Source: Octopus vulgaris
Taxonomy: Eukaryota
DNA: 64,000 bases
Direction: 5' to 3'
NCBI GenBank assembly: GCA_951406725.2
Contig: OX597826.1
Location: forward strand, 12,462,001 to 12,526,000
Shown here one piece after another: positions 42,440 through 56,002 of the stretch. The notes under the pieces are model-generated. The model was not told the DNA's origin. It did no database searches and was given only the letters and a program-made list of their open reading frames with translations. The position numbers and the translations under genes are program-made. How positions within the stretch are numbered: position 1 is the stretch's first letter; each line of letters opens with the position of its first letter.

Positions 42440-42545
42440 TGAAAGGCAAAGTCGACCTCGACGGAATTTGAACTCAGAACGTAACGGCAGACGAAATACC
42501 GCTAAGCATTTCGCCTTGCGTGCTAACAATTCTGCCAGCTCGCTG
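42440..42545 (-). mobile_element. SINE A head fragment joined to the Tc1 remnant
   Basis: GAAAGGCAAAGTCGACCTCG...TGCCAGCTCG. Confidence 0.88.
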
Positions 42546-42567
42546 ACGTATATTTACGATTTCTCAG

Positions 42568-42597
42568 ATCCTTCAACAGTCACCCCCGCTGGCAGTG
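42568..42597 (+). CDS. Candidate 30-nt phase 1-1 micro-exon, (D)PSTVTPAGS(G)
   Basis: acceptor ATTTCTCAG|, donor G|GTATGT, GC-rich relative to flanks, length divisible by 3. Confidence 0.35.
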
Positions 42598-42646
42598 GTA
42601 TGTCTTAGGGAAGGAAGAATTTATAAAAAGATTTTTTCTCTGCGAG

Positions 42647-42952
42647 CAGATCTGATTTTGATTCGTCAAAAAATTGATGACGTTTTACCTCCGTGGTCAA
42701 GCTTGTCGCCCTACTTGGTTGGTTTCCTTACAAGATACAGTTATGGGTCAGATCTGATTTTGATTCGTTAAAAAATTGATGACGTTTTTCTTCCGTGGTC
42801 AAACTAGTCGTTCTGCTTGGTTAGCCACCTTACAGCATAGAGTTATGGGTCAGATCTGATTTTGATTCGTTAAAAAATTGATGACGTTTTTCTTCTGTGG
42901 TCAAGCTTGTCGTTCTGCTTGGTTGGTTTCCTAACAGGATACAGTTATGGGT
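42647..42952. repeat. Tandem repeat, 3 x 102 bp
   Basis: units start CAGATCTGATTTTGATTCGT at 42647, 42749 and 42851. Confidence 0.95.
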
Positions 42953-43010
42953 CTTTTCCTTATATTCGTTGACGCTGGGTTTTGATTGGTTTGGAATTAT
43001 ATGACATCAG

Positions 43011-43124
43011 TGAACAGTGCCAGAGTAGCTGATATAACCCCAACAACCACCACCAAGGTTACCAAAATTACGACCAACAGACGACGACCAAGAATCACTA
43101 CTGTTGCTTCCATTGGAACACAAG
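43011..43124 (+). CDS. Candidate 114-nt phase 1-1 Thr-rich exon
   Basis: CATCAG| ... NSARVADITPTTTTKVTKITTNRRRPRITTVASIGTQ ... AAG|GTAAAA; weak pyrimidine tract. Confidence 0.3.
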
Positions 43125-43449
43125 GTAAAATCTATAATGAACTTCTCCACTACACTCGACAAAACAGTAAGGAACGACTATGGATTTTTTCTATTATACT
43201 CTTTATAATATATTTGATAAGGTTCGCCTTTTTAAGAACATGGATTCTATTGAATGTATATAGCATGGATTATTGAATGTATGTAACAATTATGAACTGT
43301 TCCATTATACTGTTTATTATCAATTTTTTTCATAAAGTTCGTTATTTCAAGAACCGAAACATGTAAAATTAAAATTTATCTAATATAGTGGCGTTTTCAA
43401 ACTTCTTTTTTACAAATATATACCCACTCGTATACGATCTACTCTTATT

Positions 43450-43530
<81 letters not shown>

Positions 43531-43551
43531 TGTGTGTACATAGATAGATAT

Positions 43552-43605
<54 letters not shown>

Positions 43606-43626
43606 CATATATATATATATACATAT

Positions 43627-43688
<62 letters not shown>

Positions 43689-43714
43689 CATATATACATA
43701 TATACATATATACG

Positions 43715-43786
<72 letters not shown>

Positions 43787-43869
43787 GATAAAGGAAATTG
43801 TAAATAAAAGCAAGTACTTTTGTTTTAGTATTGTGAATCCTCCAGAATCCAACGAATTATTTTACCGCA

Positions 43870-46800
43870 ATCTACCTGAAAAATTATATAAACATTTTTC
43901 ATATACAACAATTTCCCCATAGGCCTTGGATACTTAATTTACCGGATTTTCTGCCAGAAGAACTGTGATTTTTTTTTCTTGTATCACTAAATAATATTGG
44001 ATGTTATTTATGCAGCAATATTTTGACATTTTTTTTGCTATATTTTTAAATAACACTTTTCTCACATTCGCTAACTCTCTTTGCAATATCCTGCGCGGCA
44101 TTTCCGTTATAAATCTTCCTGGATTTCAAAAATACAATATACCTGACATTTTTACTTCCAGCAATATTTGTCATATATCCGATTATTTGTTTTTTACACA
44201 GCAAATAACGATTTATTTAAAAATTCTCAACAGAATCAAATTTAACAATTTCTCTATCATAGAAGATAGTATTTCTAAAGTTGGTGCGTTACAGAATCAT
44301 TTCCAGACCAACATTTCAAATATATTTGTATTTTTGCAGATTAAGCTAATGCTCTCCTATCAATCGCTATGTTGATTTTAATCTGTATAAGGACTTTTAT
44401 TGCTAAGGCTAACCCCAGAACTTATGACTGTCATCGTCTTTAAATAAATCGTCTCTATCACATAAAGTGGGGAAGTAGGATCTCAAAACGTCAAAGCATG
44501 CCAAACATGGTAATATGTTACTGTCAGTCCTTCAGTAACAGCTTCCATCCAGTTTCCTGTTAATGATTTAATAATGATAGCTTCCACCCAGATGCTTTGT
44601 TGATGATCTCATCCTTTATTTCTCTGTTTTAAATATTTAGTTTTTGAAGTGGTGATTTATCCCGCGACAAAATTCCATGGATTTAGATGCACCTTTAGCA
44701 ATCTTTGCTCCAATCTCAAGTGCTAGCCACTGAAGATTTGATTTTAGTACTTTTACCTGAGAATTGATTTCAGTGTCTGAACTACATTTTCACTGCGTGT
44801 AAGGAAAAGCCAAATGCTCGGTAAAATTTTTCACTTCTTTATAAAAAAAAAGTGATTTGTGTTTAAATAGCTTTTAAAAAATCATGTTACTTTACCTTAA
44901 CTAAAACTGCAATCAAACGAATACTACTGAACAGTGCTGCTATCGGGTGTTCTGAAAAAGAGAAGCCAGTCACTATTCTCACTCATTATCCAACTTAACA
45001 ACTTCATCTACTTAAAGTTATAAATAGCAGAAATAATTTTTGCCCCTATCGCTACACTAACTTGCACTTTTTGAATGTAAAACAACAATTGCAATTTTAC
45101 CAAACATGCCTATTTCTTTACTACCCACAAGGGGCTAAACATAGAGAGGACAAACAAGGACAGACAAATGGATTAAGTCGATTATATCGACCCCAGTGCG
45201 TGAATGGTACTTATTTAATCGACCCCGAAAGGATGAAGGGCAAAGTCGACCTCGACGGAATTTGAACTCAGAACGTAGAGACAGAGAAAATGCCGCTAAC
45301 CATTCGCTTGGCTCACCGCCTTAATTTTACCAAACATGCCTTCACATAAATATTTAGTTTTGGTTTAAACTTCTCCACAGTGACTACATTTGTAGTCGAA
45401 ATAATATTATGTCTTTTCTATCATTAGCCATTTAAGCATTCCCAATGACTGTCCACGGTACAGATTTCAAACCAAACCTCAATTTGTGTACGAGACACAT
45501 CGTTTCTTTTGCTTTTGAAAGTTTTAGATTATCTTATACACTATTCCTCTTTCGCATTGATATATAAACTTTCTGCCTCCAAATGGCTGCAGCCATACGG
45601 CTGGAACAAATAAATACCACATTTTGTATGTTGTTTAGTGATTAGATGTATATTTAAATGTATTCCGGCAGTGACTGACCAATGACTATTAATTTTTTTT
45701 TAATAAAATTAACGTATGAGTAAAAGATTTGGTTGCTATTTCTTGTGGGTTTAACCTGTAAAGTCTGTTGTGACACTTCAATATTTTGTTTGCTATTTCT
45801 CCAAGAAAGATCTTTTTTAGAGATCTTGTAAAAAAAATTCTATTTACTCTCGAGCACGACTACTTCTTTAGTTGTATTTTCTACTATTTTCTTAAAATTT
45901 ATTCTGTTGAAATGGCTTTAATAATTTTTTTTTCCTTTCAGTATCACATTATATTCTGATTTCTTTTTATCTTTCTTCAATTCATATCACATTTTTTAAA
46001 TCTTTATATTAGTACTTATATTATACTTTCTGGAAAATGTTTACATTTTATCTTTCTTGATATTTTCTCATTTAATTCAAATACTTTTTTATATATAGCT
46101 ATATCCTTTACTCATTTCACCTTTTAAAATTTTTGTCTCAAAACTCTTTCCGTTTTATATTGTTTATGTGCTCAAAAAATTTTGTTATAACACAAAATAT
46201 AATATAAATTAGCCTGAGTTAAGTCGTTTGTGTCTTTAATTATTTCTAGCGTAACTGTTATCTTGTTTCTTTCTATTTTATTACCTAACAATGTTGTGAA
46301 TCTTAATTGTTATAAGTTTTATTTCATTAAGCTCTCATATATTTCCTTCAATAATATCTGTTTCCTCTACTCGTGCCTAATAATTCGATTATTCTCTTAA
46401 ATATTACGGTACTACATCAAATGATACTGATTCTACCTTCATTCGTTTTTGAGCATATTCTATTATTCCTCAAGTACGCATATTTGATGCACATATCCTA
46501 ACATTGTGTTTTGCAAGCTCTTTGTTTATGTTTTCTTGTTCGTGTGTTCGTTTTCTTTTTGTTTATCCTTGCGTTTGATCACATTATTTTAAAAAAAAAC
46601 AACTGTAAATTTGTTTACTCTTTCTTTTCCTTTGTGAATAGTTAATCTGGATAAAAAAAAAGTACAAAATATTTGTTCAATTCTGAGCTTGTTGAGGAGA
46701 CGGTAACAACGAAAAAAAAATCTCTATTTGCTTCCCTTCTCTGCTAGAAACACCATTTAAATTCCTCGTGTATCACGACCAAGCACCTTACAAAATGAAG

Positions 46801-47500
46801 AAGATGCAGTAATGTAGTTCTGAATACAATATATGTTGGCAAAAATAAAAAAAAAAGGGAAAGAAAAAAGAAGGAATATATCTCTGGCTGTTGTTCTGTT
46901 CGATATAACTATTGTAGGCCTAAACAAAAAGAGAAACAATATATAACCTTGTTACTGTTGTTCTTTTAAAATTTTGTTGGAAGCAGAGTATTTAGTTTTG
47001 TTTAATACTGAATGCATAGTTATATCGATTTACCGAATTACTTTGAGCAATTTTTCGATATATTTTCCACGGATCATGTTATCAATCAAACTAAATATAA
47101 TTCCTACTATAACATAGATTATATAATTCTTAAAGTCCTATAATTCTTTCACTCTATAAATCTTCTAATCCTATTAGAGACTAGAGATTTTGTTGAAATG
47201 CACTTAGTCTAGTATCAAAATTCCTAAAAGTGTAACTATTGCGTGAACGTGGTGAAATTTGCAGGTTCGACATTATGACGAATTTAGTAAAACGTGAAAT
47301 TGGATTTCATTCGTTTTCAGGCTCTTTTCACTTTCCCATGTGCATTCCTCTAATGAGTTCTACTGAGGCAGAAACAAACGAGCACAACTAACCACTTATC
47401 TCCAGAAAATAAGCCTGTCCTTTTTCATGAATGGCATGTAAAATTTGAGGAATTATTAATTCTCGAAATTATTTATTTCCTTCTCAAATATGGAGCTGGT
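43870..47500 (-). mobile_element. Ancient L1/Tx1-like LINE remnant
   Basis: long strand-biased (A-rich on minus) microsatellite-free block; faint RT-like SVPW near 45450-45465; motifs barely recognisable. Confidence 0.35.
45111..45322 (-). mobile_element. SINE A monomer
   Basis: perfect 18-bp TSD AATTTTACCAAACATGCC at 45093-45110 and 45323-45340. Confidence 0.92.
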
Positions 47501-47907
47501 CTCAACAGCCATTTTGGCCTCTCAAGGCAAAGGTAAATTTAGTTAAGCAACAATGTATGCTATAAGATATATGGTGTAATTTGTGTACACCGTGTGCGTA
47601 TATATATATATGTATAGTAGAAATATGTTACGAAAAGAAAATATAAAATACACGTGGAAATGTAAGGGTAAAATATGAAAAATCAGCGAAAATGCACATT
47701 GCAAATAAAAAAAGGCTATTTATAACAGGTAAAGACAAATATATACATTTAGATTGATTGAGGTAGTAATACGAGTCATAAAAGTCATTATTTTGAGATG
47801 ATTATAAGATGATAATAAAGTAAGAGAACAAAACGGACCATGGTTTACGCTAAGCTATTCATCGTTTGAACAACACCGGTTAATACACGATGTCAGGTCT
47901 CTATATA

Positions 47908-47950
<43 letters not shown>

Positions 47951-47973
47951 ATAAACATATATACACACACATA

Positions 47974-48034
<61 letters not shown>

Positions 48035-48447
48035 CTCTATCTATCTATCTTAATAGTTTAGAGAACTCAGCCGGTATCTGTGGGGTAAAGTGTTCGATTC
48101 CCTGTTTCCACCTGTGGTAATTTTTTCCGTTTTCTAAAACTAACCAACCAATATTTCAATGTACATTTACATATGCATATGAGAGGGGAAAAATGATATA
48201 GTTACAATAATCTAATAATCGCTTTTCATCAAATAACCAGAATGAAGAATTCGTTGCTTTAGTATTTTGGACGATAGCATATTGGATAAGGTTGAAGATG
48301 ATTACGCCCACGAAGATAATATAAATAACGAGCAAGAGAATATATTTCAGTATTCAGCAATGAGACAGATACAATAGTAAATATACGAGATAACTGACTC
48401 CAGTACATATATATATATATATATACACACAGACACACACAAACACA

Positions 48448-48519
<72 letters not shown>

Positions 48520-48526
48520 TATATAT

Positions 48527-48788
48527 GAAAAGCTCGTCAAGTGAAGTCCAATGTCAAGACGATGTTGATTTGTTTCATCGATGAGAAAGGTGTTAATCAC
48601 ACAAAATGTGTTCCACCTGGTGAAAGTGTTTATAAACCATTTAAATTTAATTTTTGAAAATATTTTCGTCGCTTTGAGACTGCGACCTGGTCACTGACCC
48701 CGAATTTTGTGCGTGATCAGGTCGCAGTCACAAAGCGACGTAAATATGTTGGCAAATTAAATTTAAATGGCTTACAAACACCTTCCAC
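48527..48788 (+). mobile_element. Mariner transposase fragment ending in a fold-back
   Basis: KARQVKSNVKTMLICFIDEKGV..VPPGESV; arms 48620-48694/48713-48788. Confidence 0.75.
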
Positions 48789-48816
48789 GCTGCAATTGTA
48801 TATATATATATATACA

Positions 48817-49758
48817 TACAATGTGCGGTGAATAAATTGTCGTCTAAATTATGCAAAAAAACCCCACTAACATCTCATTTCAACAGATACATTTATCAAA
48901 ATTGTATAAAAATATCTCGAAGTGCTAAGGAGTGAATGTATTCAATAAAATCGCCATTGGTTTCAACCACGGTCTCCAGACGACTTTGGAATCTCCTGCA
49001 TCTCTCTGCACGGTCTCCTCATTTAAGTTGGTGAATGCAGCCGCAATTTGTGGTTTTAATTCATCTTTGGTGTTATAAGGAGTGTTGTTGGTCTCTTGAT
49101 CAACTGCGCCTCACACATAATAACCAAGGGGTTTCAGTCTGGGGAGTTAGGGGTGATGTGATCGCAGAAATTGTCTGACAGCCATAACTGATTTCTCCTG
49201 CTTGTGTGCCATGATGCACAGTCCTGTTGCCAAACATGGCGTCTTCCAGCAGCCACCCTCTTGACCCAGGCCAGCACTGCCACCTGCAGGTACTTGGTGA
49301 AGGCTTCCGTGTTGAAATTGAGGCCGTGTGGAGAGATAAATAGAGGTATAAAGTCGCCATCACTAGTGATTTTTCCTAAGACCATGATGTTAACTGGATG
49401 TATGATTTTTATCACTCTCGGTAAGCGAACGGTTGTTCTGGGTGTCCACCATCTGATCCTGGCAGAAATCACCATTAAACTCATCCAGCTCTTTCCGAAT
49501 CCTATTCACTGTCCGCAGATTGACACCCAAGCACTCTGAAATGTTCACATTGGTGCTTCCGGCGCAATTGCTAAACAATACAGCATGTAGTTTCCAAATT
49601 TCTGGCAGAGTGAATTGCACCATGGTGCTGATTTTCTCACAGACGGTGCCCGACTGACCCTACTATATACAGTGTAGTCGACATAGTCAAAAACAAAGAA
49701 CGCACATGCGCGAAATTAAACAAATAAAATGGTGACAATCTGCGCATTGCACCCTGAA
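48817..49758 (-). mobile_element. maT/DD37D-like transposon remnant
   Basis: HPVNIMVLG.ITSDG..PHGL.FN..WVKRVAAGRRHVWQQDCASWHTS..SPD; degraded CAGGGTGC-type termini in (TA)n. Confidence 0.85.
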
Positions 49759-49763
49759 CATAT

Positions 49764-49895
<132 letters not shown>

Positions 49896-50134
49896 ATACA
49901 AACACACATTTACGATGTTACTTCAAATATCCTTTACTACTATCAGAAAGTCGAAGCTGAATAATGTTCTAAATTGTACCACTCACAGTGTAAATCCCTC
50001 GAGATACAGATATATGTTATCTTTCCTATAATCTGGTTTTCATAAATGAAATTATGATGATCAACTTTGCATGTGTCTACTCTACAGATATTTTTTTCCC
50101 GCTGCGTATGAAGTGATAACATTAAGCACAAGGT

Positions 50135-50342
50135 AGGGCAGAAAGCTGGCAAAATCGTTATCCCGTCGCTTAAAACAATCGGCTACTTTGCTTCCGACTT
50201 GACGTTCTGAGTTCAAATTCTGCCAAAGCCAACTCTGCTTTTCATTCCCTTGCCTCGATAAAATAAATAGTAGTTAAACACTGAGATTGATGTAATCGAT
50301 TTGCCCCCAACAACAAATTGCTGGCCTTGTGCCAAAGTTTGC
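50135..50342 (+). mobile_element. Old SINE A-related copy
   Basis: GCTGGCAAAATCGTTA, GTTCTGAGTTCAAATTC, GGCCTTGTGCCAAA tail. Confidence 0.8.
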
Positions 50343-50754
50343 TATGGAGTTTAACAACAAGGCATATCATAATTTACCTTAGGAAATCTGGAACCTCTAC
50401 TTTGAGCACTTTAGGTTTCAAAAGGTCCATTGTGGAATAAATTATCTTTATCATTCAATTACTATAAAATTATATGCTTCAATATTTTGGGCAGATTCGC
50501 TGTTTGTTTTTATTGTTAATAGTTTTTATTTTTTTTTGTGCGGCTTTAAACGGAACCACTAAATATTCGTATATGCCTTTAATCTCATGCCGCATGATTT
50601 TGCTCTTCATCAGGAATGCCACCCCTTTCACATTATTCATGTTCCTACAATCTCCTCATCCTTATCATCGTCATCGACCGCGTCGAAATCACTGTCGTTC
50701 TGAACGTGGTTGTTAACGGCGTCGGCGATGATGGAGTTGTTTCCACCATGACAG

Positions 50755-51420
50755 TAATGATGATGTTGATGTTGATGATGATGATATGATGATGATGATG
50801 ATGAAGGTGGTGGTGGTGGTGATGATGCTGATGATGATGTTGATGATGATGGTGATGATGATGTTGATGTTGCTGATGACGATAATGATGATGATGATGA
50901 TGATGATGGTAGTGGTGGTGATGATGCTGCTGATGATGATGATGGTGATGATGATGTTGATGATGATGACGACGGCAACGACGATGATGGTGATGATGAT
51001 GATGATGATCACGACGACGACGATGATGATGATGATGGTGATGATGATTATGATGATGATGTTGATGTTGATGATGACGACGGCAACGATGATGATGATG
51101 GTGATGATGATGATGATGAGGAGGATGATGATGAGGAGGAGGATGATGATGAGGATGGTGATGATGATGTTGATGTCGATGATGACGATGGCAACGACGA
51201 TGATGGTGATGATGATGGTGATGATGATGATGATGATGAGGACGATGATGAGGAGGAGGACGAAGAAGCGGATGATGATAATGATGATGACGATGATGAT
51301 GACGCGGATGATGATAATGATGATGACGATGATGATGACGATGATGATGTTGATCATGATTATGATCATGATCATGATGATCATCAACATCATCATTTCG
51401 ATGATCGTTGTCGTCTTTGT
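50755..51420. repeat. Long imperfect (GAT)n array with higher-order units
   Basis: GAT-based run with recurring GGCAACGA(C/T)GATGAT blocks. Confidence 0.95.
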
Positions 51421-51729
51421 CGTCATCCTCACAGTCGTCTTTACTGTTAGTTTTTATGCGATTTCCATTTTGGAAAAAAAAATTAAAAAATGAAAAAAAA
51501 AAACAGAAAAGGGAAGAGAAAAACAGAAAAAAATTCAACGAAACAAAGTCAAACATAAACAAGACAAAAAAAAAAAAGAAAAAAGAAAAAGGAACCGCTT
51601 TTAGCACAACAGCTTAAGCGTAGCCTATTTTAACTGTATATCTAATGTCACACATTTGAATGGGAACGTGCTAGGCTTTCTCTTCGCAAGCTAATATAAC
51701 GATCGATTTACGAATACATGAACCGAAAC

Positions 51730-51945
51730 CATCATCTCCAGCACCACCACCACCACCACCACCACCACCACCACCGCCGTTGCCACCACCAATGCCATCG
51801 CCTCCACCACCGTCACCACGGGCATCGGCACCACCAACACCGGCAACCGACACCACCACCACCACCATCACATAATACTACAGAAGCGCTAACATCTCCA
51901 ACACCATCAGCACCATCACCATCACCATCGCCATCACCATCATCA
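51730..51945. repeat. (CAC)n/(CACCAT)n low-complexity tract
   Basis: direct reading. Confidence 0.9.
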
Positions 51946-52582
51946 CACTATCGTGCCGCCCAACGTAGAGCAATCGATCCTTCCCTTTACACGCGTAGCT
52001 AAGCACACACGCTCGTGTAACACTGATCTTCCTGTTCCCTTGTCCCTGCTTTCTGTCAATATCTGATGTGCTGGAATTAGATTGTCTGAACTTCACAACG
52101 GAATTAGGCGCACCAAATACATTAAATTGATCCAGTATTACTGTCTCCGACACCTATCGAAATATGCATCTCTTTCGTTACAGCGTTACAGGTACATGCA
52201 TACACATACATACATACATAAATTCATAAATTCATATATATGTATATATATGTGTATATATATATATTTATAAAAGAGATAATGGTGTCATTGAGAGCCA
52301 AAGGTATCAGGTAATGCTGAATAAGTGCTATAGACAGACCATAGTTAAGTTCCAGATTCGGTAATATTGCGAATAAAGGGTTCAACGTTAGTTCTACGTA
52401 TATATAGGAATTTTTTGCGTAATGAGATAAAAAAACAGCCTATCTATACAGCCTTGGTTTTTTTATCTCATTACGCAAAAAATTCATATATATAAATAAT
52501 TATATATATATGCATGTATGTATGTATGTATGAATCCGTATTTTTACACACATACACACATATACATATATACATATATATG

Positions 52583-52686
<104 letters not shown>

Positions 52687-54860
52687 GAAGGAGAGAGAGA
52701 CAGAGAGACAGAGAGACGGAGAGACAGAGAGAGAGATGTACATGTTGCCGTTGTTGTTGATGCTACCAAACGTGTCCCTGATGCTACCAAACGTGTTTCA
52801 ATGGTAGTAAGGTATCCAGCCGGTGCTCTTTCTGAAATTTACTGAATTGCAAATGGATCAAACCATTTTGACGATGCTTGCAAACATACACTGCTCCTGC
52901 ATGCAGACACTGCTACACGTATTTATGAGAGAAACTGATATGAAATGCGCATTTCATATCAGAGAAAAACGCGGAGAAAAATGCAGTGAAGCAAACCTGG
53001 AGAGAGGAAAATTAATTATTTTCCCTTAACTTTACGTAAGATATTGAAACTGAGATAGAAGCTTTGAACCAAACACAAATCTGCTAATACTTAATAAATG
53101 AGGTAAATAGTGTGTAAAAAGGCTCATGATATAAAATTTTAGGAAGGAATATTACAAACGCATTAGTTTAATATGCTAGCAATAAAAGTAGGGAGGTTAT
53201 AGAGATTAATACTTTATCTGTGCCAGTAATAAGTTAGAGTTATAATATTCCCATCTACAGGCAAGGTTAAAGAGAAAATGAAACAATCACTTAGTGTAGT
53301 AACAATAGACTAACCCAAATACCATATATACGGATTGAAGTTGCCAGGAATACAGGGAGTTTATGAAGCATGGAAACCATTACAGAATATCATTGAATTT
53401 TTTCAAGCATATTTTGCGAAGAACAATTGATCACTATAAGAATGGTAAAAAAAAAACCCAAAACGAGCAAAACCAAGAGAAAAATATTATTTTTCTCTTC
53501 ACGGGAAAGGGTTATTATAAAGTACAGCTTGGAGTGACAGACAAATATAAGGAGAAAAGTGAAACAATACATATTATGAAGAGGTTACTATCTAATTATA
53601 TATGGTTCTACATAATATCATGTTAAATCATTGCAAGAAAGGCTCTTAAATTATCAGTTTCTATAAAGTAAGAGGGTCTAAACGGGACAGAGACTAGCAA
53701 GAACAATTCGGAATTGGTGGAGAGATTCACGATGGAAAGATTTTTGATTGTGGCATTAAATCAAAGCCTTCCGCTCGAAACACAATATGTGAGGAAGCAG
53801 AATTCATTAAATAACAGCGAAAGATGCCGAAAATGAGAATAACTGACCACACCTTGTTCGCTTGGCCTTTGTTAACCAAGAGTTAAACATTTAATACAGC
53901 TGGGATATTATACACTGATATTGTGTGAGCGTTATCAAAATACCTGCAGTCAAAGGTGTTATAAACAAACACTAGGAAAGATTAATTAGAACGACAATTT
54001 GACCATATTTCGGGATTATCCACCAGTTATTTTGTCATGGATCACAAGGGAATTATGTGCCTTTTAATGAATGAAATAATCTCAACGAACGATAAGAGAA
54101 CAATTTAGAATTGGTGGAGAGATTCACGGTGGAAATTTTCTCAATATAAAGGTATGTAAATAGAGGTAACCTGAATGTGAAAACTGCATGCAGAAATAAT
54201 CGCTATTATAATTCGTACCTTGAGAAAGATTAAATGGGATGAATAAAAAATACGCAGCCATAACTTGCAGATGTAAAAAGACAGAAGTGAAATGCATTGC
54301 ACCTGAATTACATTAAATTCAATACAATATAAAATAGAACGCACAAACAATATATTTCTCATATAGAGCTGTGTTATGGAATACATTCAAAGTACGCAAA
54401 GAAAGAAAGAAACATTACTGCAGAAAATATTAAGTGAAAATTAAGTATACTGCGTATAAACTGTTTAAATAGAGTATATTTTCACAGATCCAAACAATTT
54501 AGAACATTCTTCCCAGGTTAACATGAAGGGAGAAATGTTTTAGTGAAACTGAGATAAGAGTCTAACACCCAAAGCAAATTTCTCTCTCCTGAAGAATCAA
54601 TTGACTATATGTAGTAGGAGAATATATTATAAACTTATTCTATTAAAGGATTGAACGAAAAACTAGAAAAAAATAACGTTTATTCACAATCACAGACACA
54701 CATTCACATATATACAAGAAGAAACCTGTATTAAATACCAGAAATGCAGGTATCAAGGTACTATGTTTTACAGAAATATATTCGGATAGCAATACTGCAA
54801 TAAATGTACTGAGAATGCATATTTGCTTCAATGACCCATGACACCAAATAAAAATCCACT

Positions 54861-55218
54861 TACCGTAAATACTCGAGTATAATCCGCATTTTTTCCCAAA
54901 ATTTAAAGGTCAAAATCCCTAGTGCGTACTATATGCGAGGTTAAAAATGAAAAATATTTTCTAAGCAATGTCCGAGTCTCTTAAGCTAAGCCTGAAAGCA
55001 ATGAAGTCATAACAGAATCATCCATATCATGCAGTAAGCTACACGTTTGCATTATGTTATATGTACAATAATAATAAAGGACACTGCCGAATACAGTTTT
55101 ACAAACCAACGTCGTTATATAGACATCCTTGACTCAAGTTAGAGAAGGGGTGCGTATTATACACATGGTTTAGGTTTTTGAGAGGTACAGCTCCTTAAAA
55201 ATCCCCTGCGTATTATAC
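54861..55218. mobile_element. Non-autonomous Tc2/pogo-like element, right end lost
   Basis: TA|CCGTAAATACTCGAGTATAA terminus; repeated subterminal TGCGTA(C/T)TATA motifs. Confidence 0.65.
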
Positions 55219-55272
55219 ATACATACATACAGTTATATATATATACATACAAACATACATACATACACACAG

Positions 55273-55328
<56 letters not shown>

Positions 55329-55737
55329 GCACACACAACACATACATACACCAACACAGTCAAAAACATTGAGATACACAGAGCAAAGAGCTATCGATAG
55401 GTGTGCGTGTAGTATGTACGTATTGAACTTTGTATGCATTTATAATTCTACTGCGTGTATAACTTGTCTATATTTAAGCATTCTCTTTCACTGTGGACGT
55501 CTTTAAAACGCAAGTACAAACAGCAACCATTGATGTAATTTGATGTTCATTTGATATCGTTTTCATGCTAAAATTACAACAATATTCAACAAGATATCAA
55601 TAGCATCAGAACAGTTGCTAATTAATCAGTGGGCGTGTCGGGGTGGCGTTATAAGTGTCTATGCTGTGTGTGTAAATGCGCATGTATAAAGAAACACGCA
55701 TGTATATTGTATGTATGTATTATCTATCTATCAATCA

Positions 55738-55884
<147 letters not shown>

Positions 55885-56002
55885 GCAATTAAGGACAACT
55901 TTTTAATAAGGAAAACTTAAAAAGAAATTATCGGGTAGATAGCGTGAAAGACCTCATAAAAGAAAAAATTTCGAAAATAATTCTTTCTTATTGAACATAT
56001 TA

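Noticed and set aside
42647-42952. CRISPR-like array (conserved half plus variable half)
   Set aside because: The variable halves are clearly homologous to each other, there are no cas genes, and the context is eukaryotic
50645-51607. 320-aa His-rich ORF as a metal-binding or beak-type protein
   Set aside because: Entirely (CAT)n-derived, overlapping frames are equally open, and there is no Gly/Ala-rich motif or credible signal peptide
52761-52797. Short tandem duplications (TGATGCTACCAAACGTGT x2; also near 6406-6465, 8616-8638 and 63128-63160)
   Set aside because: Ordinary slippage-scale duplications with no further structure
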